DNA of 64,000 nt from Pseudobdellovibrionaceae bacterium (GTDB taxonomy: Bacteria; Bdellovibrionota; Bdellovibrionia; Bdellovibrionales; Bdellovibrionaceae). The stretch's first letter is position 1. The number at the start of each line of letters is the position of its first letter. The position numbers were made by a program, and so were the translations under genes. A model generated the notes under the pieces. The model saw only the letters and a list, made by a program, of their open reading frames with translations, did not search any database and had not been told where the DNA came from. Positions 17,968 to 25,841 of this stretch are shown here, in pieces. The stretch is taken from the NCBI GenBank assembly GCA_044359815.1, contig JBIKLL010000005.1:18840-82839 (forward strand). The letters run 5' to 3'.

Positions 17968-18045
17968 ATTTAGATTTTTCATATAAAAAGCATTATGGCG
18001 CTTCTGGATTGTTGCTTTTCACATTGCGCTATAGATAGAAAAAGT
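17968..18045 (+). repeat. Degenerate tandem copy of the right half of element 3
   Basis: ATTTAGATTTTTCATATAAAAAGCATTATGGCG...TTGCGCTATAGATAGAAAAAGT aligns to 17871-17947. Confidence 0.8.
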
Positions 18046-18111
18046 TTCTTTTTCGTTGAGTCCTTGTCTAAAGGGTTATCATGCACTAAGGTTACATTTT
18101 TGGAGGTAAAT

Positions 18112-18567
18112 ATGAGATTAAGTTTATTGTTGGCTTCGGTAACTTTGATGCTTGCTGCTTTGAATGTGCAGGCTGCTAATTCGGTCAGTTATAACAGCTA
18201 TGAAGAGGTAGAAAAGGCTTTTGATTCTATTCACCCACTTGATGTGGTCAAACTCACTGATAGAACTTTTCTAAAGGGTAATTGCTATTGGTCTGAAGAT
18301 CCATCAGCTAAAATTCCTGCGGGCTTAGGTTTTTTTGAACTTAAAATTGCATTGGTCAAGCAACTTTCTGCAGATATAAATAGCTTCGTTGGATTTTACG
18401 ACAGACATTCAAACAGGTTTATAGAATTGTCCCGCAATCCATTATCTGGAGATTTGAACGCAGACTATGTAACTGAAATCTATTCAATCCGGCAAAGGGG
18501 TCAAACTGTTTTTGCTTATAGCAGCGTAGACCGTAGTGCCGGATCCTTTTTATGTGTGTACCAATAA
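18112..18567 (+). CDS. Secreted hypothetical protein
   Basis: GGAGG RBS before ATG 18112 and a signal peptide ending in VQA; the longer track ORF starts inside repeat DNA. Confidence 0.75.
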   Translation: MRLSLLLASVTLMLAALNVQAANSVSYNSYEEVEKAFDSIHPLDVVKLTDRTFLKGNCYWSEDPSAKIPAGLGFFELKIALVKQLSADINSFVGFYDRHSNRFIELSRNPLSGDLNADYVTEIYSIRQRGQTVFAYSSVDRSAGSFLCVYQ

Positions 18568-18940
18568 AAAGAGACCGTACGACTTTTTCTGTCTACAGCG
18601 CAGGATAAAAAATGAAACCGACTTGGATGTCTACAGCGGACGGTGAAAGTGCACCGTCAAACAGCAAGACCCTATAGCCATTTATAAAAAAATCCAAATC
18701 CATGTTTTTAAAAACGAGTTCGGACGTGAAGCTGCGCGGATGATTTAAATGCATTCAGTACTTAAATGCGCGCAGCTTTGCGCCCGCTGTTTGAGTTTTT
18801 AAGAATACGGATTTGGATTTTTTTATAAATGGCTATAGGTATGGCCGGGGCTTTAGAACTTTACAAAACTCAGAAAAAAGAGAGGCAAGCCTCTCTTTTT
18901 ATCATGCGGTGTAGACAGAAAAAGTCGTACGGTCTCTTTT
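18567..18940. mobile_element. 30-bp TIR family, copy 4 (374 bp), containing a nested C/D hairpin and a terminator
   Basis: Exact TIR pair; internal fold-back at 18671-18839; extra hairpin GACGGTG/CACCGTC at 18639-18658. Confidence 0.8.
18875..18900. terminator. Bidirectional intrinsic terminator
   Basis: AAAAAGAGAGGC-AA-GCCTCTCTTTTT, between convergent genes. Confidence 0.8.
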
Positions 18941-19401
18941 TACTTTAGTAGTTCTTTGGCTTCTGATTGAAGGCCGCGGATCCAAGCTAATGCCACAGTG
19001 GATTTTGAAAGATCTTTTTTAGCCCAAGCGATTTCTCGGATTTTGACAGCAAAATCTAACTTTTCGCCCAGTGCGCTCATTACTGAAACTCTGTCGCCAG
19101 TGCTGGATTCGGAATTAGGATTCAGCATAGAAGCTTCAACCTGTAAATTGTCGATAGTTTTAATAGCTTGATCCATTTCTTGAATCTGCATCATAAAGAT
19201 TTGCTTAATGTCAGATGGCTTCAGCTGATTTGCAGCCTGTGAGGCACTGTGGTTGCTGGTTGTGATGATATCGTACCTTTCAATGGACTGGGTGATCAGT
19301 TGATCGCGCACTTGATCGGCATTGGCGTAGGTCACAGCGATTGTGATTACAGTAAACAGTGTCCAGAACAGTTGTTTTTGCTTCCAGTAGCTCATGGTCA
19401 T
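18940..19401 (-). CDS. Secreted helical hypothetical protein
   Basis: Signal peptide ending in ANA; AAGGA RBS. Confidence 0.7.
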   Translation of the reverse strand: MTMSYWKQKQLFWTLFTVITIAVTYANADQVRDQLITQSIERYDIITTSNHSASQAANQLKPSDIKQIFMMQIQEMDQAIKTIDNLQVEASMLNPNSESSTGDRVSVMSALGEKLDFAVKIREIAWAKKDLSKSTVALAWIRGLQSEAKELLK

Positions 19402-19628
19402 CCTTTGGTTAAAAGTATCTATACATTTGGGTATTACAAAAACTCTGCCAATGCCGGTGACATGGTTTTTGTATTAATGCGATCTAGGAACAATATTTTT
19501 TGATAGGACGCCGTTAAAACCGAGCTTAGACCTGATAGGGACGCAAATTGTAAGCCCCTGTCACGGGTCTAGACAAAATTGAAAGTAATCCCTGTACAGA
19601 AAACTGACAGGGGCAGAAGTTCTCGGGT

Positions 19629-21110
19629 TTGTGTTACTTTAGCGGCAGATTATCAGTAAGGATGGGATGTATGGCAGTTTTTAACATTAAGGTATTATTG
19701 AAAGTGGCTCCGATTGTTGCCATTAATATGATGCTGACAAGCCAGGGCTTAGCGCTAATGCTGGATAAAAAGAGCGTGATTCAGGCTAACCTGAATAATC
19801 GCCAAATCGACAGCAAAAACGAAGAAGTCAATGTAAGGGTTAAAGACCTTATATATGCTGCCTGCGGAGTCTATACAAAAAAATCATTTGAAATCAGCAA
19901 GATTGATCTGGAAGTAGCAAACTTTGCTGAAGGCACAATGGTAAGGCTTTTTACCAATGCGGCTTTATCTGAAATCACCAGAGGTTATTCTGGCGCCGTT
20001 AGAAACGGATTTATCACACTGGAAGATTCAGCAATCAAAAGCCAAGATGATAACATGGTTGGTGTTACAGGCACATTGACGATCAAGCGTGCTTTGCTGA
20101 CAACGAATCTGGATAATGGTTGTGATAGTCTGACTGAAGGTGCAAAGCCTGCTGACAAGATCCCACCAGGCATCGTTAGACCTATTGATGAAATTGAAAA
20201 ACCAGGCAATGCTAAACCACAGGAAAAGCCGCAGGAAAGACCACAGGCAAAACCTCAAGGTCAAACTTTACCTAAGCCTCAAGTTCGCCCACAAGGCACG
20301 CCCAGCAGACCTCCAACACAGATTTTGCCTCAGACTCAACCGTCAAGACCACAGGTTTCAAGGCCACCAATGGTTGAACAAAACAATCGACCGAATATGG
20401 CCGAAACTAAAAATGACATTTCGATTGATTTTTATCCAGGAGAAATGACTGCAGTTTATGTTAACGGCAGATATCATTTAGCCGAAGTCGAAAGCTTTGA
20501 TCCAGGTTGCGGAGTGATCATCAGAGATGGCAGATGTTATGGACCTGGTTATGCATTAAAATTAGTGCGAACTTATCAGGACTTTTCTGCTGGTCAATCA
20601 GTACAGATTGAAATTGGCGGATACAAAGCCGTTCGACGAATCATTGCCATTGCGATTGAAAATCCAAACGTAGATGCTGAAAAAGCATTTATATTTACTG
20701 GCAACTCAGAATACTACAACACCTATGATGTTGTTCCTGCGGGCTACATTAATGGTGGCGCCCCTGAAGCTGTGACACCACAGTTTGTTGACGGCGATGT
20801 GCAGTTGCAAGAAACAGTTTATTATATTGCTTCAAATGGCAGGCGTTCACAAACAACAGTCGTTGGCGTTAGTGATGGATTGTATCAGTTAGCCAATGGC
20901 AGATCTGTGCCCAGAAATCGCATTGTTAAAATGGTTTCGGAATTAGTCAGTGATGATGATGTCAGATTTTATATTGGCAAAACGGTCAGACAAGGAATCT
21001 TTGGATTGGGTTCAAAATTACGAGTTGTTGCTCTGACCGAAGACGGTTGGGCGATGTTGAGCAACCGTGAAGGCGAAACCAGCTGGGATGAAATTGACGA
21101 TTTGGATTAG
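19629..21110 (+). CDS. Secreted hypothetical protein with Pro/Gln-rich linker and small beta domains (true start probably about 19670)
   Basis: Long ORF, signal-like segment ending in GLA, PQ-rich linker. Confidence 0.75.
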   Translation: MCYFSGRLSVRMGCMAVFNIKVLLKVAPIVAINMMLTSQGLALMLDKKSVIQANLNNRQIDSKNEEVNVRVKDLIYAACGVYTKKSFEISKIDLEVANFAEGTMVRLFTNAALSEITRGYSGAVRNGFITLEDSAIKSQDDNMVGVTGTLTIKRALLTTNLDNGCDSLTEGAKPADKIPPGIVRPIDEIEKPGNAKPQEKPQERPQAKPQGQTLPKPQVRPQGTPSRPPTQILPQTQPSRPQVSRPPMVEQNNRPNMAETKNDISIDFYPGEMTAVYVNGRYHLAEVESFDPGCGVIIRDGRCYGPGYALKLVRTYQDFSAGQSVQIEIGGYKAVRRIIAIAIENPNVDAEKAFIFTGNSEYYNTYDVVPAGYINGGAPEAVTPQFVDGDVQLQETVYYIASNGRRSQTTVVGVSDGLYQLANGRSVPRNRIVKMVSELVSDDDVRFYIGKTVRQGIFGLGSKLRVVALTEDGWAMLSNREGETSWDEIDDLD

Positions 21111-21163
21111 GCATTGATGGACTGATGGATTTTCTGTCGGTCCAAAGTTTGAAAGAGGCATGA

Positions 21164-23008
21164 ATGTTTCAAAAAATATTTTTTACCATTGTGACTGTCA
21201 TGTCCCTGCATTTTACCGTGCGGGCAGATCTGCCATCTGAAATTCAAGCTGCACTGACAAATGGTTCAGTTCCTGTGGATCCCAAAAGACGGGATGATTT
21301 GCAGGGGCTTTACAAGGCCAATGGTTTCAGTCCGTTCTTTTTCAAAAATGGTGGCAATTCAAGCGTTGATCAAAACTCATTCACAGTTTTGAGAAATTTA
21401 GCTACGGCACATGGACTGACTTATGAAAACTATTTTTTACCTCAGTATAACAATTGTCAGAGCAAGCAAAGCTGGATTTTTTGTGAGATTAAATTTACTG
21501 AAGGGATTTTGCGATTGGCTGTGCATATGTTTCGTGGCCAGGTATTGCCATCATCAGTAGATCTGACTGAAAAGAAAGAAAAAATCAAAATCAAATCTAA
21601 GAGCTTTTTGAAAGACGTAAATGGTAAAGTCACCGACAGATACAGTCAGTTGGTCACAGCATTAAGTGCTGGAATGGATTCGACAGCTCAATATATAGAG
21701 TCTTTGGCGCCGACTTCATTGTATTACCGACAGGCCAAGGATGCGTTCACACGTCTGTATGGTCAATTGGTCAGTGGCCAGGATTTTATTGCAATTGCTA
21801 ATCCTGGAATGGATTTGTCATTGGGAATACGTCATCCAACTGTTTTACAAATCAAAAACACGCTCAGGATCATGGGCTACAGAATCACAAGCCTGGATGA
21901 TTTGTATGATGAAGAGCTTCAAAAATACATTAAGGAAATTCAGCTGGCGACGCTGATGATGCCTACAGGTAAAATCGAAACCAAACGTGTTGAGCCAAAA
22001 AATCCAGACGACAAGCAAGCCGCGCGCAGCTTGTGGACACACTTTTTTAATTTCAGCTTGCGTGAGCGGGTTGATCAGGTGCGCGCCGATATGGAAAAAC
22101 TGCGATGGTTGCCGCAGACAATGGAATCGAAATATATTTTTGTTAATTTGGCTAATCAAACACTGACGCTGAATGAAAATGGCCGAGTCACCAGAAAATA
22201 TTTAACAGTTAATGGTCGTACAGATTTGAACAAAGAAGACCAATCAACACTGGATGACAGGCAAACTCCTATGATGAGAAATTTTATTTCATCAATGGAC
22301 ATGAATCCTTATTGGACAGTGCCCATGGGGATTTTTGGCAGGGACAAGCTTCCAAGGTTGCGATCGATTGAAAATAAATTTTCCCAGGATCGTGAGGCCA
22401 GGGACGCTGCTGTGATCAAATGGTTTAACAACAATCATTTTGATTTAGTTCGTGATAATGGTGGTAATTCAGGTCAGTGGGAAGTTCTGTCTCCGTTGGA
22501 TGTGGCTGATTGGACTCAGGTCACAGCAGGACAGCTAATAGGGCAGGGTATTTACCTGCGCCAAAAACAGGGATTGAACAATGCCTTGGGAACTGTTCGA
22601 TTTAATCTGAATGGTGATTCATCAATTTATCTGCACGACACTAATGAGCGTGAGATGTTTGATAGCCCATACAGACTCAGAAGTTCTGGCTGTGTGCGAG
22701 TGCAATTTGCTACAGAGCTGGCTTCAACATTGGCTCAGGATTCTGATTTGTGTGACACACAATATTGCCGTGAAAGCAGCAATCCTCAGCAGGAAATCAA
22801 AAAAATGATTCCGCCTTATTTGCAAAATGATGAGCTTAAGCTGACAAATGTGCGTTTGAGCAAACAGGTGTTTGTTTACTTGGTGTTTTTGACGACGACT
22901 CAGGAAAGATATTTTTCCAGCTCACCTCGTGGTGGAGTGCAATTTCATTTTGATTTCTATGGACAAAACAAAATGATTTTTGAAGCCATTGCCCGCGGTC
23001 TTGATTAA
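21164..23008 (+). CDS. L,D-transpeptidase, YcbB/LdtD-like
   Basis: MEKLRWLP, NPYWTVP, NNALG and IYLHDT...SSGCVRV motifs; PG-binding-like segment. Confidence 0.9.
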   Translation: MFQKIFFTIVTVMSLHFTVRADLPSEIQAALTNGSVPVDPKRRDDLQGLYKANGFSPFFFKNGGNSSVDQNSFTVLRNLATAHGLTYENYFLPQYNNCQSKQSWIFCEIKFTEGILRLAVHMFRGQVLPSSVDLTEKKEKIKIKSKSFLKDVNGKVTDRYSQLVTALSAGMDSTAQYIESLAPTSLYYRQAKDAFTRLYGQLVSGQDFIAIANPGMDLSLGIRHPTVLQIKNTLRIMGYRITSLDDLYDEELQKYIKEIQLATLMMPTGKIETKRVEPKNPDDKQAARSLWTHFFNFSLRERVDQVRADMEKLRWLPQTMESKYIFVNLANQTLTLNENGRVTRKYLTVNGRTDLNKEDQSTLDDRQTPMMRNFISSMDMNPYWTVPMGIFGRDKLPRLRSIENKFSQDREARDAAVIKWFNNNHFDLVRDNGGNSGQWEVLSPLDVADWTQVTAGQLIGQGIYLRQKQGLNNALGTVRFNLNGDSSIYLHDTNEREMFDSPYRLRSSGCVRVQFATELASTLAQDSDLCDTQYCRESSNPQQEIKKMIPPYLQNDELKLTNVRLSKQVFVYLVFLTTTQERYFSSSPRGGVQFHFDFYGQNKMIFEAIARGLD

Positions 23009-23033
23009 AGTCTTTTGCAGATTTGTCCGAAAA
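23006..23033 (+). promoter_or_regulatory. sigma28-type promoter
   Basis: TAAAG-N15-TCCGAAAA, 9 nt before ATG 23043. Confidence 0.5.
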
Positions 23034-23042
23034 GATGAGTGC

Positions 23043-23423
23043 ATGGATATAAAAAGTGCTCTCAATCAAATTATACCGATTCAAACTAGAGCAAAGTCTA
23101 ATGTTGAAAAGCCATTGAAGATGGACGGTGCTACCGAGCGAGATGGCAACGGACAACAAGCTTATCAAAATCCAAATCAGAATAAGCAACCAATGTCAGA
23201 TCAGGAATTTGATTATTCAGTGAAGCTGCTGGAAACCTTTCCAGCAATTTTGGACCATAGTCTGATTTTGGAAGTCGTAAAGCAAGAAAATCGCAGATTT
23301 GTTCTGATCAAAGAGCCCAACGGCACGGTTTTAAGAAGAGTCACCGAGGACGAGCTGGCCAGTTTGTTAGAAAGCCAAGACACTGATCCTAAAAAAGGTC
23401 AGTTGATTTCAAAATCAGCGTAA
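23043..23423 (+). CDS. FlaG-like hypothetical protein
   Basis: Lies before fliD; C-terminal 'VLIKEPNGTVLRRVTEDEL' resembles the FlaG v.v.d...GevirqiP.ee motif. Confidence 0.5.
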   Translation: MDIKSALNQIIPIQTRAKSNVEKPLKMDGATERDGNGQQAYQNPNQNKQPMSDQEFDYSVKLLETFPAILDHSLILEVVKQENRRFVLIKEPNGTVLRRVTEDELASLLESQDTDPKKGQLISKSA

Positions 23424-23577
23424 AATGATTTTTTCAGACAGTCAGAAACACAGCCTTTGACCTGTCAAAAAGACAGAAAATCCCTACTCAAGTACTAGGT
23501 TTTTTTGAATCACAAAAGACAACTTATTGACTCACGGTTTTCGCCTCAATCTGAGATACTGATTGCAGGAGGATTCT

Positions 23578-24951
23578 TTGGCGGGGGTCAGAATCACAGG
23601 GATGGCAAGCGGATTGCCACCAAACATAGTCGAACAAATCATGGAGGCAGAACGCATTCCTGTAAAGACTATGGAAAAAAATAAAGTCAAAGAAGACGAC
23701 AAACTAAAACTGGTGTCTGAATTTGAAACCAGAGTTCGTGACATTCAAAAAAATCTGGAAGAACTGGTTGGTACCAAAGGATTTGCTAACAATAAATTTA
23801 TTTCTGGTGACCCATCCATTGTTGATGGTTCGATTGATTCTGATAAAATTGTCAACGGCCAGTGGCAGATCGAGGTTGTGCAACTTGCTCAAAAGCCTGG
23901 TGCCGTTTCGAACGGCTTTCCTGACAAAGACAAAACTGAAATTGGCGTTGGGTATATCAAGTTTAAAACACCCGAAGGTGTGAAGGAAGTGTATGTCCCT
24001 GGTGGACAAAGCACTCTGCAAGGAGTGTCTGATGCTATCAATGCTGCTGGGATCGGGATGCGTGCCACTGTGTTGAATGACCGCAAGGAAAAAGACTCTC
24101 CTTTTAAGTTATTAGTAACGGGGCTTTCAACAGGTGACGACAATCAGGTTGATTTCCCTGTTGTATACATGCTGGATGGTGATCAGGATTTTTATTTTGA
24201 TAATGCCAAAAAAGCACAGAATGCAATCGTCAAAGTAGACGGCTTTGAAATGGAGATTCCTGATAACGTATCAGCCGAAATTATTCCAGGCGTGACTTTG
24301 GATTTTAAACAGACGGCTCCGGGGCGCGAAATCAGAGTTGCAGTCAAAGAAGACACAGATGCCATCAGTGGAAAAATCAAAAATTTCGTCGATGCTTACA
24401 ATAAGGCTCTGCAGTTTATTCAGGATCAACACAAACTGCAAAAGGGATCTGATGGCAAAGAACGGTTGGGGCCACTGGGTGGTGATTCATTAGTCAGAGG
24501 CGCTGAAGGTGCCTTGAGGCGACTGATCCAAGCGCCACAGTATGGGGTTGATTCAGACATTAAGATGATGAATCAATTGGGTGTTGAGTTTAACCGAAGC
24601 GGTACTTTGAATTTCAACCAAGAGAAATTCAATGCCGTCCTTAAGGCCAAGGCGGGTCACATCGCAAAGTTTTTCAGAGGAGACGGCTTTAAATTGGGAT
24701 TTATCCCGGGCGTAAAGCGTGAGGTCGATGGATTGACTAATCCAACCTATGGTCCAATATCCAATCGTAAAAGAGCGATTCAGCAAAAAATAAATCAGAT
24801 TAATGATCGTATTGAACGTAAGGAAAAACAGCTCGAGAAAAAGGAAGAGAGTTTGCGCAGGCAGTTTGGTGAGCTGGAAACAAAAATGTCCAGGTTGCAG
24901 GGCCAAGGGGCAGCGATCACTGGCATGGGAATGCCGAAACCGCCGGGCTAG
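23578..24951 (+). CDS. fliD: Flagellar filament capping protein FliD
   Basis: ITGMASGL start, VVQLAQ, AQNA.VKVDG, IKNFVDAYN and C-terminal coiled coil; TTG start after AGGAGG. Confidence 0.95.
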   Translation: MAGVRITGMASGLPPNIVEQIMEAERIPVKTMEKNKVKEDDKLKLVSEFETRVRDIQKNLEELVGTKGFANNKFISGDPSIVDGSIDSDKIVNGQWQIEVVQLAQKPGAVSNGFPDKDKTEIGVGYIKFKTPEGVKEVYVPGGQSTLQGVSDAINAAGIGMRATVLNDRKEKDSPFKLLVTGLSTGDDNQVDFPVVYMLDGDQDFYFDNAKKAQNAIVKVDGFEMEIPDNVSAEIIPGVTLDFKQTAPGREIRVAVKEDTDAISGKIKNFVDAYNKALQFIQDQHKLQKGSDGKERLGPLGGDSLVRGAEGALRRLIQAPQYGVDSDIKMMNQLGVEFNRSGTLNFNQEKFNAVLKAKAGHIAKFFRGDGFKLGFIPGVKREVDGLTNPTYGPISNRKRAIQQKINQINDRIERKEKQLEKKEESLRRQFGELETKMSRLQGQGAAITGMGMPKPPG

Positions 24952-24954
24952 ACT

Positions 24955-24981
24955 TAAAAGAGGATTAAATACAACCGATTA
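24955..24981 (+). promoter_or_regulatory. sigma28-type promoter for fliS
   Basis: TAAA-N15-ACCGATTA. Confidence 0.65.
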
Positions 24982-25011
24982 TTTATTAAGGAAATTTTTA
25001 AAAAGGGTTGA

Positions 25012-25401
25012 ATGAAAAACGCATATCAGAAATATAAAAGCACTCAAGTGATCAGCGCCAGTAAAGAAAAATTGTTGTTGATGATGTATGAAGGAGCAAT
25101 AAAGTTTACGAAATTGGCAATTAAAGCTGCTGATGAGAAAAACGTTCCTGAGCGATGCACGAACATCGGCAGAGCTTTTGATATAGTGCTAGAACTTAAC
25201 AATACATTGGATCACAAAGTCGGTGGCAAGATTGCAATGGATCTGGAGCAGCTTTATATGTTCATCACTGATCAGTATACAAAAGCTAATATGAGCGGTG
25301 ATTCAAAGCCTTTAAACGAAGCCTTAAAAATTCTGGAGACACTTTACGATGGATGGAAAGTGGCTGTAGAGAAATTGAAATCAGAAAAACCAGCAGAATG
25401 A
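25012..25401 (+). CDS. fliS: Flagellin export chaperone FliS
   Basis: AYQKY, LLLMMYEGAIKF, LEQLYMF and LYDGW motifs. Confidence 0.95.
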   Translation: MKNAYQKYKSTQVISASKEKLLLMMYEGAIKFTKLAIKAADEKNVPERCTNIGRAFDIVLELNNTLDHKVGGKIAMDLEQLYMFITDQYTKANMSGDSKPLNEALKILETLYDGWKVAVEKLKSEKPAE

Positions 25402-25421
25402 TTAACAAACCCAAGGAGGGG

Positions 25422-25841
25422 ATGATGGACAGAATTATTTCATTGCTAGAACAGAAAAATCATTACTTAGAAAAGTTCTACTCCACCAATGAAACGGCTC
25501 TAGAGCAATTTCAAGTGGGAATTTTTGACTCGCTTGAAAGCTTTTATCAAACACGAGAGAAAATTCTGGAAATCGTTCGATATATCGACAGCGAAATTGC
25601 CGCTGAAAATTCAGAGGCCATGACTGAAGAAGCCAGAAAAGCTATTTCTGATAATATGAAAATCAAAGATCAATATGTGGAAAAGATTCTGACACAGGAC
25701 CTTGAAATTTTAGCTTGTATCGATTCCGCCAAGTCCAGTATCATTCGGGAATTACAAGAGGTAAAAAAAGCAAGGAAGGCCGTCAGTGGATATAAAAGTC
25801 ACAGAAGAAACCCGAATCAAAGATTGGACGAAGAAGCTTAG
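25422..25841 (+). CDS. FlgN/FliT-like helical chaperone (putative)
   Basis: AAGGAGG RBS; helical; C-terminal ARKAVSGY; follows fliS. Confidence 0.55.
   Translation: MMDRIISLLEQKNHYLEKFYSTNETALEQFQVGIFDSLESFYQTREKILEIVRYIDSEIAAENSEAMTEEARKAISDNMKIKDQYVEKILTQDLEILACIDSAKSSIIRELQEVKKARKAVSGYKSHRRNPNQRLDEEA

Noticed and set aside
6230..18940. 30-bp repeats as a CRISPR array
   Set aside because: The copies are inverted pairs with 57-314 nt interiors scattered over 12 kb, not direct repeats with uniform spacers; no cas genes are present.
6230..18940. BsaI (GAGACC/GGTCTC) and BsiWI (CGTACG) sites in every arm, suggesting a synthetic Golden Gate construct
   Set aside because: Partial and decayed copies, natural flanks and the absence of vector or marker sequence indicate a natural repeat; the sites look coincidental.
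19538..19547. GGGACGCAAA as part of a c-di-GMP-I riboswitch
   Set aside because: The upstream GGCAAAC...GAAA stem-loop and the downstream P3 elements are absent.
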